Source: Myxococcota bacterium (GTDB lineage Bacteria > Myxococcota_A > UBA796 > CAJQPC01). Taken from it: DNA of 64,000 nucleotides. This document shows positions 29,825 to 38,863 of the stretch, in pieces. Position 1 is the stretch's first letter, and every line of letters starts with the position of its first letter. Where the stretch lies: positions 49,427 through 113,426 of the forward strand of contig JAZAMN010000073.1 in NCBI GenBank assembly GCA_036229005.1. Reading direction: 5' to 3'. The position numbers were made by a program, and so were the translations under genes. The notes beneath the pieces are model-generated. The model had not been told where the DNA came from, ran no database searches, and saw only the letters and a list, made by a program, of their open reading frames with translations.

Positions 29825-31774
29825 CTACTCCAACGCCACCTCAACCTCCGCGCCCCCCCGCCGCACCACCAGCGTCATCCCCGGCCCCGAGTAGTTGTCC
29901 AGCGCCCAGGCCGTCGCTTGCTGCGCCGCGTGGGGGGCCAGCTCCAGCACGTCCATCCCCATCACGACCACGCCCAGGAGCACGTCTCCCCGCTGCAGCC
30001 CGGCGGCCTCGGCCATGGAGCCCGACTCCACAGCGGCGACCTCCAGCTCCCCGCTGGCGTTGGTGGACACCGAGAAGCCCTGCTCCTCCAGCAACTTGGC
30101 CTCGCCGGTCTCCAGCACCACGTCCTGACTCGCCACCCCATCCTGGACGGTCACGCTCACCCGCTCCAGCGGCCGCTGCGCCAGGAACACCGCGTACTCC
30201 CCGTCGTCCAGCCCGGTGATCTCGAACACGCCGTCCTGATCGCTCAGCGCGCCCGCGCCCACCGGGTTCACGGTCTCCCGCTGCGCGAAGGTGGTCAGCA
30301 CGGGCTGGTTGTTCTCCGGCTCGCCCGTCAGCCCGGAGTACACGACCCCCGTGATCACGCCCCCGCCGCCGATGTCGATGTCCCCAAGGTCCACCACCCC
30401 CGACTCCACCCACACGTCCGGCTGGGGCGCCCGGGACTCGCCGGTGGTCAGCTCCACCAGGTAGCGGCCGGGCTCCAGCCCCTCGGCCAGGAAGCTGCCG
30501 TCCTTCTCACAGCGCCCCTGCCGCGCGACCACACCACCGCCCGAGAGGTCCGCGGCCAGCTCTCCGAACTCCGGCACCTTGGCCACCGTCCAGCGACAGC
30601 GGGCCGGCGAGCTCCCCCGAAGCACCCGCCCGGTCACCGCGCCCGTCGCGTCGCGGAAGTCCAGCAGCGCGATGTCCTCGTCTGCGCCGACCAGCACCGA
30701 TCGACCCCCGGCGCGGACGGCGACTTCTCCTGGTGGGCACTGGCAGCTCGTGGGGTTCCCCGAGCACATCCCCCCCAGCGGCAGCCTCGGGCGCGTGCAG
30801 AACACCGGCGTCACGGTCACGCAGGAGTCCTCCGGGAAGCCCAGGCACTTGACCTCCACCAGGCGGAAGGGCTCCAGCACAAAGTCCAGCTCCAGGCTCT
30901 CCTGGCCGGGGGCAAAGCGCACTGGGTGGCTGGCCTCCTTGAAGCCGGGCTGGCTCGCCTGGGCCGTCAGGGTGTGCGTCTCCGAGGCCGGCAGGAAGAG
31001 GGAGTAGGTGCCGTCTGCGGCGAGATCGACGTGCACACCGAGCCGAAACACCCGGACCCTGCCCTCCGTGATGGGATCCCCCGCAAGCGAGGTCACCCGA
31101 CCGTGGACCTCCACGCCCTGCTCGATGACCACGACCTTGTCGGTCTCCTCCAGGGTGTCGATGGCCACGCGGGCCTGGCTCCAGCCGGGGACCTGGATCT
31201 CCAGCGTGCCCTGACCGCAGGCCGTCTCGATGGGGGTCCAGCCCTCCGCCTCCAGAGCGATCTGACGCTCCAGTGAGGGCTGCACGAAGCCCTCGCTCTG
31301 GATGCGCGCGGTCACCGTCCCCGGGCTCAGCGGGTTGCCCTGGGGGTCCTCCACGCGGAGCTGGATGGGACAGCGCTCCGGCGTGATGAAGTCGTAGGGG
31401 CCGGCCTGCGCCTCGACCACGTGGGCGCTGGGATCCGAGCTGCGGGGCCCCAGGTTGATGTTGTCGCCGGGCTGCGCGAGCAGGGTGTAGCGCCCGTCCG
31501 CGTCGCTGCGCACGCTCGCCACGCGGCCCTGACCGGCGCGCCAGAGCCGCACCTCGATGTCGTCGGCCGGGCTCCCGTCCGGGAAGCGGAGCTGCCCCTG
31601 GACCTCCTCGAGATCGCCGGGGTCGGGCTCGCTCAGGCGCACCGAGGGGGTCTGCACCTGGGAAAGCTCGGGGGCCGCGCGCTCGGGCTTCAGCGAGCCC
31701 AGGAGCGCCACGACGCCCACCACGAGCGCCAGGACGAGGCCGCCCAGGAGCCCAACCAGCCAGCGGCGCTTCAC
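29825..31774 (-). CDS. Membrane-anchored carboxypeptidase-regulatory-like repeat protein with C-terminal PDZ domain
   Basis: GTG start (MKRRWLVGLL...TM); repeated 'GRV..G.P', SDADGRYTL and EGLEPGRY beta-sandwich motifs; VAAVESGSMAEAAGLQRGDVLL PDZ motif. Confidence 0.75.
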   Translation of the reverse strand: MKRRWLVGLLGGLVLALVVGVVALLGSLKPERAAPELSQVQTPSVRLSEPDPGDLEEVQGQLRFPDGSPADDIEVRLWRAGQGRVASVRSDADGRYTLLAQPGDNINLGPRSSDPSAHVVEAQAGPYDFITPERCPIQLRVEDPQGNPLSPGTVTARIQSEGFVQPSLERQIALEAEGWTPIETACGQGTLEIQVPGWSQARVAIDTLEETDKVVVIEQGVEVHGRVTSLAGDPITEGRVRVFRLGVHVDLAADGTYSLFLPASETHTLTAQASQPGFKEASHPVRFAPGQESLELDFVLEPFRLVEVKCLGFPEDSCVTVTPVFCTRPRLPLGGMCSGNPTSCQCPPGEVAVRAGGRSVLVGADEDIALLDFRDATGAVTGRVLRGSSPARCRWTVAKVPEFGELAADLSGGGVVARQGRCEKDGSFLAEGLEPGRYLVELTTGESRAPQPDVWVESGVVDLGDIDIGGGGVITGVVYSGLTGEPENNQPVLTTFAQRETVNPVGAGALSDQDGVFEITGLDDGEYAVFLAQRPLERVSVTVQDGVASQDVVLETGEAKLLEEQGFSVSTNASGELEVAAVESGSMAEAAGLQRGDVLLGVVVMGMDVLELAPHAAQQATAWALDNYSGPGMTLVVRRGGAEVEVALE

Positions 31775-31778
31775 GGCC

Positions 31779-32402
31779 TCACTGGGTCTTGTAGGCGGCC
31801 TTGCGGACAAAGAGGGGCTGGGGCTGCCCGCCGGAGGCCGTGGCCTTGCCCACGCGGATCTCCAGCTCACCGGTGGCGTCGGGCACGGGCACCTGCAGCT
31901 TCACGAACACGAAGCTGGGGCCGGCGCTGGCCAGGGTCTCGCGGCGCACCTCGTTCCGGGTCGCGCCCACCTTCATCCCGTCGGCGTAGACCTCGGTCAC
32001 CAGCCAGTAGGCCCGGCCGTCGAAGTCGCTGGGCGCGCGGGCGACCAGGATGGGCAGCTCCAGCACGACCACACCGGCGGCGGGGGAGCTGAGCTGGGGT
32101 GCGTAGCTGTCGGCCAGGGCGTCCTTGCCGATGGTCTCGGGGAGCTTGCCGGCGGCGGTCGCTGCAGAGGCCGGGGCCGCCTTGGGGGCGGGGGCCTTCA
32201 CGGAGAAGTTGAAGTCGTCGTCCTCCTCCAGCTCGAAGGTGTCCTCGTCCAGCTCCTCGGCGGCCTTGCGCTTGGCGGCCTCGTCGCCCTCCTTGAGGAA
32301 GTCGAACTCGTCGTCCTCCTCGGCGGCCTCGTCGTCCTGGGCCACGGCGGGGGCGGGATCGGCAGCGAGGAGCAGGGAGAAGAGCGTGAGCAGCGTGGAC
32401 AT
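31779..32402 (-). CDS. Hypothetical exported acidic protein
   Basis: GGAGGA SD, ATG 32402 (MSTLLTLFSLLLAA), acidic DDEFDF low-complexity segment. Confidence 0.75.
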   Translation of the reverse strand: MSTLLTLFSLLLAADPAPAVAQDDEAAEEDDEFDFLKEGDEAAKRKAAEELDEDTFELEEDDDFNFSVKAPAPKAAPASAATAAGKLPETIGKDALADSYAPQLSSPAAGVVVLELPILVARAPSDFDGRAYWLVTEVYADGMKVGATRNEVRRETLASAGPSFVFVKLQVPVPDATGELEIRVGKATASGGQPQPLFVRKAAYKTQ

Positions 32403-32465
32403 GGGTCCTCCAATCGCGACGCCGCACCATAACCGCAGAGCCGTCGGGAGCGTTAGCTTTGGGGC

Positions 32466-33863
32466 ATGGACAACCCCTACCGCCGCGCCTGGGCGCGTCG
32501 ACGTGCGCACGAGCGGGAGCATGCCGGCCTCGGACCGGGGCTTCGGCGCTGGCTGCCCGTGCTGGGGCTGGGCGCCGCTGGACCCCTGCTCAAGCCGGTC
32601 TTCATGGCCTGGCTCGCCGAGCCCGCGGGCGGGAGCCTGCTGGAGCTCGCCGCGGACAGCACCCGGGTCTCGGACGGGGTCGCTGGGTTGGGCCTGCGCC
32701 TGGGCATGCTGCTGGCCGGCGTGATGTCCCTGGTGACCTACACCGCGCTGGTGCGCGGCCCCGAGCGCGCCATCCTGGATCCCTTCCCCGCGCAGCCCCG
32801 GGCCCTGGTCCACTACCTCGCGCTGCGCTGCGCCTGGGAGCGCGTGTCCCTCCCCGTGGGGGCCGCCGCCATGCTGCTCCCCGTCCTGTTCGCCGGGCAC
32901 CCGCTGGCCTGGGCGCTGGGGAGCCTGGTGGCCGCTGGGGGCTGGCTGGTGGGCCTGCTCGCCGGCTTCACCGTGCACCTGGGCAGCGTCTGGGCCGCCG
33001 AATCGCCCGCGCTGGCCGGGATCCTCAACCTGCTGCGCGGGCAGAACCCCAAGCTCCAGGCCGCGCTGATCTACGGACCGGGCGTAGCCCTCGCGGTGGG
33101 GACCGCTGCGGTTTTCCTCGCCAGCGAGGGGGTGCGATTGGTGCTCGCGGGCCAGCCTGTCGGGGTGGTGGGCCTGCTCGCCCCCGTGGGCATCGGCCTC
33201 CTCTCCTTCCTCCCCGCTGGGGCCCTGGCGGAGCGCTACCACTTCCGCACAACCCTGCTGCTCGCCGAGGTCGACGGCGCCTACGCCCAGGCCGAGCAGG
33301 ACCCCGAGCAGGCCCGCCGCGTCTACCTGGACTGGATCGTCCGCCTCTTCCCGGCCGGTCCCCACGGCGCCTTCCACCTGGAGCTCCTCAAGGAGCTGCG
33401 TCACGGTTGGCGGGGCCTGCGCTCCTGGATCACCGGGGCCTGGGGCCTGGGGGGCCTCGCCGCGCTCGCTGGGTGGTCCTCGGATCCCCAGGCGTCCGCG
33501 CGCGCCCTGGTCATCGGGGCCGCCTGCCTGCTCGCCATCGCGTCGGTGGGGGTGCGCATCGGCAGCCGCGATCCCCTCTGGCTGGACCAGGCCCTCCCGC
33601 AGCGCCCCCGGATCCGCCTCAGCGCCCGCGCCGTCGCCATCTTCGGCTGGCTGCAGCCCATCGTCCTCTTGCCCTTCCTCAGCCTCGCCCTGCGGCAGAG
33701 CCTCTCCCAGGCCCTGGTCACCGCCGGGAGCTTGGAGTTTGCCGCGCTTCTGCTCGCCGCGATCTCCGCCGGCTTCTCCTCCTTGCGGGGGAGGGGGTGG
33801 GCGCCCTACCTGCTCTCAGGGCTGGCTCTCTGGGCCGTCCTCGTTGGAGGCAGCGTCTTCTGA
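32466..33863 (+). CDS. Multi-pass membrane protein, probable ABC exporter permease
   Basis: Many hydrophobic segments; TGATG coupling to the downstream ABC ATPase. Confidence 0.75.
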   Translation: MDNPYRRAWARRRAHEREHAGLGPGLRRWLPVLGLGAAGPLLKPVFMAWLAEPAGGSLLELAADSTRVSDGVAGLGLRLGMLLAGVMSLVTYTALVRGPERAILDPFPAQPRALVHYLALRCAWERVSLPVGAAAMLLPVLFAGHPLAWALGSLVAAGGWLVGLLAGFTVHLGSVWAAESPALAGILNLLRGQNPKLQAALIYGPGVALAVGTAAVFLASEGVRLVLAGQPVGVVGLLAPVGIGLLSFLPAGALAERYHFRTTLLLAEVDGAYAQAEQDPEQARRVYLDWIVRLFPAGPHGAFHLELLKELRHGWRGLRSWITGAWGLGGLAALAGWSSDPQASARALVIGAACLLAIASVGVRIGSRDPLWLDQALPQRPRIRLSARAVAIFGWLQPIVLLPFLSLALRQSLSQALVTAGSLEFAALLLAAISAGFSSLRGRGWAPYLLSGLALWAVLVGGSVF

Positions 33864-34585
33864 TGTCCGCGATCACCGTCTCGGGACTGCGCAAGGAATA
33901 CGGCCGCGTCGTGGCCGTGCACGAGGTCTCCTTCTCCGTGGAGCCCGGCGAGCTCGTCGCCCTCATCGGCCACAACGGCGCCGGCAAGTCCACGACCATC
34001 AAGATGCTCACCGGGCAGCTCCTGCCCACCGCTGGGAGCGTGCACCTGGCCGGCGTGGACGTGGTCAAGCAGCCCGGGGAGGCGAGGGAGAAGCTGGGCT
34101 ATGTCCCCGAGGATCCCCACCTCTACGACTACCTGTCCTGCCGCGAGTTCCTTGAGCTGGTCGCGTCCCTGCGAGGACAGGCTGAGATCGACCACGCCCT
34201 GGAGCTGGCTGGCCTGGGCGAGGACGCCGATCGCCTGATCCGCGAGTACTCCCAGGGCATGCGGCGGCGTACCGCTCTGGCCGCTGCGGTGGTCGGGAAG
34301 CCCCCGGTGCTGGTTCTGGACGAGGCCCTCAATGGCCTGGACCCGCCCTCGGCCTCCCGCGTCAAGGCAGGCCTGCGCGGTCTCTGTGATGGGGGCTGCG
34401 CGGTCCTCTTGTCCACCCACGTGCTGGACACCGTGGAGCGTCTGGCCGATCGCGTGATCATGCTGGCCCACGGCCGGGTGGTCGCCGACGAGCGCGTCTC
34501 GGAGATCGGCTCCGAGGGCCTGGAGCGCCTGTTTCTGGAGCGAATCGGAGCCAGTCATCAGGCTGGACCGGGCGCGGGCGCTTGA
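33863..34585 (+). CDS. ABC transporter ATP-binding protein
   Basis: Start MSAITVSGLRKEYG; GHNGAGKST, YSQGMRRR, VLDEALNGLDP, LSTHVL. Confidence 0.93.
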   Translation: MSAITVSGLRKEYGRVVAVHEVSFSVEPGELVALIGHNGAGKSTTIKMLTGQLLPTAGSVHLAGVDVVKQPGEAREKLGYVPEDPHLYDYLSCREFLELVASLRGQAEIDHALELAGLGEDADRLIREYSQGMRRRTALAAAVVGKPPVLVLDEALNGLDPPSASRVKAGLRGLCDGGCAVLLSTHVLDTVERLADRVIMLAHGRVVADERVSEIGSEGLERLFLERIGASHQAGPGAGA

Positions 34586-34661
34586 GCGCCACCTGATCAA
34601 TCTCATTGCGCCGCGGCCGTGTTTTCGTTAACCACCGGCGTCGCTTTTGGAGCACCCCCTC

Positions 34662-34967
34662 ATGGCCAAGAAGAGCAAGATCGCTCGCGATGAGCAGCGC
34701 CGCGCTGCCGTCGAGAAGTTCGCTGACCAGCGCGCCGCCCTTGTGGCCGTGTGCAAGGATCCCAACGCGAGCCTCGACGAGAAGCAGGAGGCCTACAAGG
34801 CCCTCGCCAAGCTGCCTCGCGATTCCAGCAAGACCCGCACCCGCAACCGCTGCAAGACCACCGGTCGTCCCCGCGCCTACCTGCGTGATTTCGGCCTGTG
34901 CCGTATCGCGTTCCGCGAGATGGCCCACCGGGGAGAGCTCCCCGGCGTCAAGAAGGCGAGCTGGTAA
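34662..34967 (+). CDS. rpsN: 30S ribosomal protein S14, long Zn-independent type
   Basis: 101 aa; MAKKSKIAR...LPRDSS.TR.RNRC..TGRPR...[25 protein letters not shown]; lacks the full four-Cys Zn site. Confidence 0.96.
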   Translation: MAKKSKIARDEQRRAAVEKFADQRAALVAVCKDPNASLDEKQEAYKALAKLPRDSSKTRTRNRCKTTGRPRAYLRDFGLCRIAFREMAHRGELPGVKKASW

Positions 34968-34977
34968 GGAGCAGAAA

Positions 34978-35139
34978 ATGAAGGTCGTCAACTCCCTCAA
35001 GAGCCTCAAGCTCGCAGCCGGTGACACGCAGATCGTGCGCCGCCGCGGCAAGGTCTTCCTGATCTGCAAGAGCAACCCCAAGCTCAAGGCTCGCCAAGGT
35101 GGAACCAGCAAGAAGGCCAAGCGCCGCGCCAAGCGCTGA
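34978..35139 (+). CDS. rpmJ: 50S ribosomal protein L36, type B (YkgO-like)
   Basis: [11 protein letters not shown]...[24 protein letters not shown] plus a basic tail; AAGGAG SD. Confidence 0.92.
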   Translation: MKVVNSLKSLKLAAGDTQIVRRRGKVFLICKSNPKLKARQGGTSKKAKRRAKR

Positions 35140-35164
35140 GCACCACCTTAGGTTCAACAGCAAG

Positions 35165-35193
35165 AGGCTCGGCCAGATGGTCGGGCCTTTTCT
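35165..35193 (+). terminator. Intrinsic terminator after rpsN-rpmJ
   Basis: AGGCTCGGCCA / TGGTCGGGCCT stem followed by TTTCT. Confidence 0.75.
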
Positions 35194-35223
35194 GCTTTCT
35201 GGCACCCCTGTCCCTGCAGCCCC

Positions 35224-37551
35224 GTGAGCGAGCCCATGAGCACCCCCACCGCGCCTGAGAAGCCTGAGATCCCCAGCAACTTCCTCTCGGACATCATCCA
35301 GGCCGACCAGGCCAGCGGGCGCTACGACGGCCAGGTCGTCACGCGCTTCCCGCCGGAGCCCAACGGCTACCTGCACATCGGGCACGCCAAGGCGATCTGC
35401 ACGGACTTCGCTCTGGCCAAGGCCTTCGGGGGCCGCTGCCACCTGCGCTTCGACGACACCAACCCCGAGAAGGAGTCGGACGAGTACGTGCGCTCCATCA
35501 AGGAGGACGTGCGCTGGCTGGGCTTTGACTGGGGGGAGCACCTCTACTTCGCCTCGGACTTCTTCGAGAAGATGTACGAGCTCGCCGTGGACCTCATCGA
35601 GCGCGGCCTGGCCTACGTCGACAGCCAGACGCTGGAGGAGATGCGCGCCACCCGCGGCACCGTGACCGAGCCGGGCACCCCCAGCCCCTACCGGGACCGC
35701 TCCGTGGCCGAGAACCTGGACCTCTTCGCCCGGATGCGCGCCGGTGAGTTCCCGGACGGCGCCCACGTGCTGCGCGCCAAGGGGGACATGGCCGCGGCCA
35801 ACATGAAGCTGCGGGACCCGCTGCTCTACCGCATCCGGAACGTGGCCCACCACCGCCAGGGCGAGAGCTGGTGCATCTACCCGATGTACGACTACGCCCA
35901 CCCCCTGGAGGACGCCCTCGAGGGCGTGACCCACAGCTTCTGCACCCTCGAGTTCGAGAACAACCGGGACATCTACGACTGGGTCATCAACAACGTCGAC
36001 CGTGCCCAGCTCAAGACCCAGCCCCGGCAGTACGAGTTCGCGCGCCTGAACATCGGCTACACCGTCATGTCCAAGCGCCTGCTGCTGCAGCTCGTCGAGC
36101 AGGGCCACGTCAGCGGCTGGGATGATCCCCGCATGCCAACCATCGCCGGGATGCGCCGCCGCGGAATCCGCCCGGAGGCCGTGCGCCACTTTGTGGACCG
36201 CGTGGGCCTGGCCAAGGCCAACTCCCAGGTGGACGCCGAGCTGCTGGACGTCACCATCCGCGAGGACCTGAACCACGAGGCCCGCCGGGTCATGTGCGTG
36301 ACCGACCCGCTGCCCGTGGAGATCACCAACCTGCCCCCCGGCCAGGTCGAGTGGCTGGAGGCCAGCTACTGGCCCCACGACGTGCCCAAGACCGGTAGCC
36401 GCCAGGTGCCCTTCACCCGCAACCTGGTCATCGAGCGCGAGGACTTCGCCGAGGTGCCCCCCCGCAAGTGGCGGCGCATGACCCCCGGCGTCGAGATCCG
36501 CCTGCGCTACGGCTTCTACGTGACCTGCACGGGCGTGGAGAAGGACGCCCAGGGCGAGATCACCAAGGTCCTGTGCACCTACGATCCCGACAGCCGCGGA
36601 GGCACCACCGCCGACGGCCGCAAGGTCAAGGGCACCATCCACTGGGTCAGCGCGGACCAGGGCGTGCCCTGCGAGCTGCGGCTCTACGACCGCCTGCTCT
36701 CCGTGGAGAACGCCAGCTCCCAGAGCTTCCTGGAGGACCTCAACCCCCAGAGCCTGCGCGTGACCCGGGGCCTCATCGAGCCCCAGGTCGCCAAGGAGCT
36801 GGCCGCCGCCCCAAGCGCGCTGCGCTGGCAGTTCGAACGCCAGGGCTACTTCTGGGCCGATCCCGTCGACAGCGCCCCGGACGCGCTGGTGTTCAACCGC
36901 ATCGTCCCCCTCAAGAGCTCCTGGGGCAAGGAGGCCCCCAAGGCCGCGCCCGCGCCCAAGCCCAAGAAGCAGACCAAGCCCAAGGCCCCCAAGGCCGGAA
37001 AGCGCCCCGAGCTGAGCCCCGAGCAGGAGGCCGAGGTCGCTCGACTCACGCAGATCGGGGCCCCCCGCGACGCCGCTGTGGTGCTCCAGGGTGAGCCGGC
37101 GCTCCTGGGCTGGTTCGAGGACAGCGTGGCGGCGGGTGGGGATCCCAAGACGGTGTCCTCGCTGGTGGTCAATGAGCTGCGACGGGCTGCAGGGGACCGG
37201 GATCTCGGAGCGTTGGGCTTCACCGGCGCGGAGCTCGCTGAGCTCGCCTCCCTCCTGGACGCGGGCACGATCAGCTCCAAGGCCGGGAAGAAGGTCCTGG
37301 GTGTGCTGGTCAAGGAGGGCGGCAGCCCCAAGGCCATCGTGCAGGCGCTGGGCCTGGCCCAGATCTCCGACCCCGCCGAGATCCGCCCCCTGATCCAGGG
37401 CGTCCTGGACGCGAACGCCGCCAAGGTCGACGCCTACAGGGGCGGCCAGAAGGGGCTGATGGGCTTCTTCATGGGCCAGAGCCTGCAGGCCAGCGGGGGC
37501 CGCGCCGACCCCCAGGTGGTCCGCAAGCTGCTGGTCGAGCTGCTGGGCTGA
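35224..37551 (+). CDS. glnS: Glutamine--tRNA ligase with C-terminal YqeY/GatB-like domain
   Basis: TRFPPEPNGYLHIGHAK, LRFDDTNP, YPMYD, CTLEF, VMSKR, GWDDPRMPT, KVKGTIHWVS, QFERQGYF; C-terminal GFFMGQ...GGRADP. Confidence 0.96.
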   Translation: MSEPMSTPTAPEKPEIPSNFLSDIIQADQASGRYDGQVVTRFPPEPNGYLHIGHAKAICTDFALAKAFGGRCHLRFDDTNPEKESDEYVRSIKEDVRWLGFDWGEHLYFASDFFEKMYELAVDLIERGLAYVDSQTLEEMRATRGTVTEPGTPSPYRDRSVAENLDLFARMRAGEFPDGAHVLRAKGDMAAANMKLRDPLLYRIRNVAHHRQGESWCIYPMYDYAHPLEDALEGVTHSFCTLEFENNRDIYDWVINNVDRAQLKTQPRQYEFARLNIGYTVMSKRLLLQLVEQGHVSGWDDPRMPTIAGMRRRGIRPEAVRHFVDRVGLAKANSQVDAELLDVTIREDLNHEARRVMCVTDPLPVEITNLPPGQVEWLEASYWPHDVPKTGSRQVPFTRNLVIEREDFAEVPPRKWRRMTPGVEIRLRYGFYVTCTGVEKDAQGEITKVLCTYDPDSRGGTTADGRKVKGTIHWVSADQGVPCELRLYDRLLSVENASSQSFLEDLNPQSLRVTRGLIEPQVAKELAAAPSALRWQFERQGYFWADPVDSAPDALVFNRIVPLKSSWGKEAPKAAPAPKPKKQTKPKAPKAGKRPELSPEQEAEVARLTQIGAPRDAAVVLQGEPALLGWFEDSVAAGGDPKTVSSLVVNELRRAAGDRDLGALGFTGAELAELASLLDAGTISSKAGKKVLGVLVKEGGSPKAIVQALGLAQISDPAEIRPLIQGVLDANAAKVDAYRGGQKGLMGFFMGQSLQASGGRADPQVVRKLLVELLG

Positions 37552-37603
37552 GCCCCGCGTCCGAGTTAGGTCCCGACCCCGCCACTCCTGGGAGAGTCAA
37601 CCC

Positions 37604-38011
37604 ATGTCCGAGCCCACCTTCCACGCCTACGTGCGTCGCGACGAGCTGCCCCCCGTGTCCGAGATCGTGCGGGCCATGTCCTCGCGCGGCTGGCGCGTGT
37701 CCATCAGCGGCGTCGAGACCCTGGCCGAGGCCAGCGACGGCGCCCTGCCTGTGCAGGTCGATGATCAGGACACCGCGATCACCTTCAAGCGCCTCGAGGA
37801 CGGCAAGGGCGAGTTCGACGCCCTGCGCAGCGAGCTGCCCCAGCACTTCGACCAGGAGACCTACAAGGAGGTCCTGCGTCAGATGGAGCTGCGCCTGAGC
37901 TTCACCGGCGACGCCGTGTGGGCCCGGGAGATGGCCCGCTCCGTGGCGCTGCTGTCCGCGGGGGCCTTCGAGAACCCCCAGGACAACAAGCTGCTCTTCT
38001 ACGGGCGCTGA
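37604..38011 (+). CDS. Hypothetical protein
   Basis: 135-aa ORF with GC3-biased codons downstream of glnS. Confidence 0.7.
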   Translation: MSEPTFHAYVRRDELPPVSEIVRAMSSRGWRVSISGVETLAEASDGALPVQVDDQDTAITFKRLEDGKGEFDALRSELPQHFDQETYKEVLRQMELRLSFTGDAVWAREMARSVALLSAGAFENPQDNKLLFYGR

Positions 38012-38027
38012 TTCCGCAGCGCCTGCC

Positions 38028-38079
38028 TTACTGAGCCCGCCTACTGGGCCTGACTGCTGGGCCCGACTGGTGGGCCCGC
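38028..38079. repeat. Four degenerate 13-bp tandem repeats in a convergent intergenic gap
   Basis: ttactgagcccgc / ctactgggcctga / ctgctgggcccga / ctggtgggcccgc. Confidence 0.7.
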
Positions 38080-38083
38080 CCGC

Positions 38084-38740
38084 CTACACGGCCATCAGGG
38101 CCGACTGCAGGCGGGTGGTGTACGCCGCCAGCGCCATCGACGCGCCAGGCGGCATGCTCAGGAAGGACAGGGCGACCTGATAGGGGAACTCCGAGTCCTC
38201 GGGGTCGCCGCTGCATCGGACCAGGCGCGCGCTGCAGCGCCAGGTCTGGGGGTCTCCGGGGATGCCCAGCTCCACTAGGAGCAGGGAGCGCGCGGGCATC
38301 GGCTGGGGGCTGTGGATGCTCAGGCCCTCGACCGAGAAGTCCACGTAGGGGTCGGCGACCACCCAGTTGCCCTCGCAGTCCTTGCCCGCCAGGTAGTCCA
38401 CGATCTCGGTGGGCGTGGCCTGGCGGATGCGCACCTGCAGCCCGCCGTTCATGCGGGGGAAGAGCCGGCGCTCGGAGACCTCCTTGGTCTCGGTGTCCAG
38501 GCGCAGGTAGTCGCGGCCCACCTGGACCACGGTGCCCACCATGCGGACCTGGTTGCCGCTCCCGGTGGAGAGCACGAGGGTGTCGTTCAGCGCGATGCCG
38601 GCGGAGCCCTCGTGGATCCGCAGGGTCCAGCGGCCGTCGTCATCCTGGGTCGCGACGCCCTGCCGGAGCATCTGCCGGATGGCACCGGGCGCGATGATCT
38701 GCACCTCCAGGTGCTCGGTGAAGCTGCTGTCTTCCATCAT
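38084..38740 (-). CDS. PilZ domain protein
   Basis: ERRLFPR (RxxxR) and DFSVEG (DxSxxG) c-di-GMP-binding motifs; ARLVR...YQVALSF. Confidence 0.8.
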   Translation of the reverse strand: MMEDSSFTEHLEVQIIAPGAIRQMLRQGVATQDDDGRWTLRIHEGSAGIALNDTLVLSTGSGNQVRMVGTVVQVGRDYLRLDTETKEVSERRLFPRMNGGLQVRIRQATPTEIVDYLAGKDCEGNWVVADPYVDFSVEGLSIHSPQPMPARSLLLVELGIPGDPQTWRCSARLVRCSGDPEDSEFPYQVALSFLSMPPGASMALAAYTTRLQSALMAV

Positions 38741-38863
38741 GGGTCAAAGCCTCCGATTGCCCCCCTCAGCGGATTCCGGGGCCCGGTGCTGAAGAGGCAA
38801 CCCCGCGCCCGGGCGTGGTAGCAAGACCTCAAGTACGCCTCTCACCGGGCGATTCGGGGAGCC

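Noticed and set aside
32459..34585. 708-aa ORF as a single fused ABC protein
   Set aside because: Only the last 240 aa (from ATG 33863) are an ATPase; the upstream part is an off-frame overlap with the permease gene.
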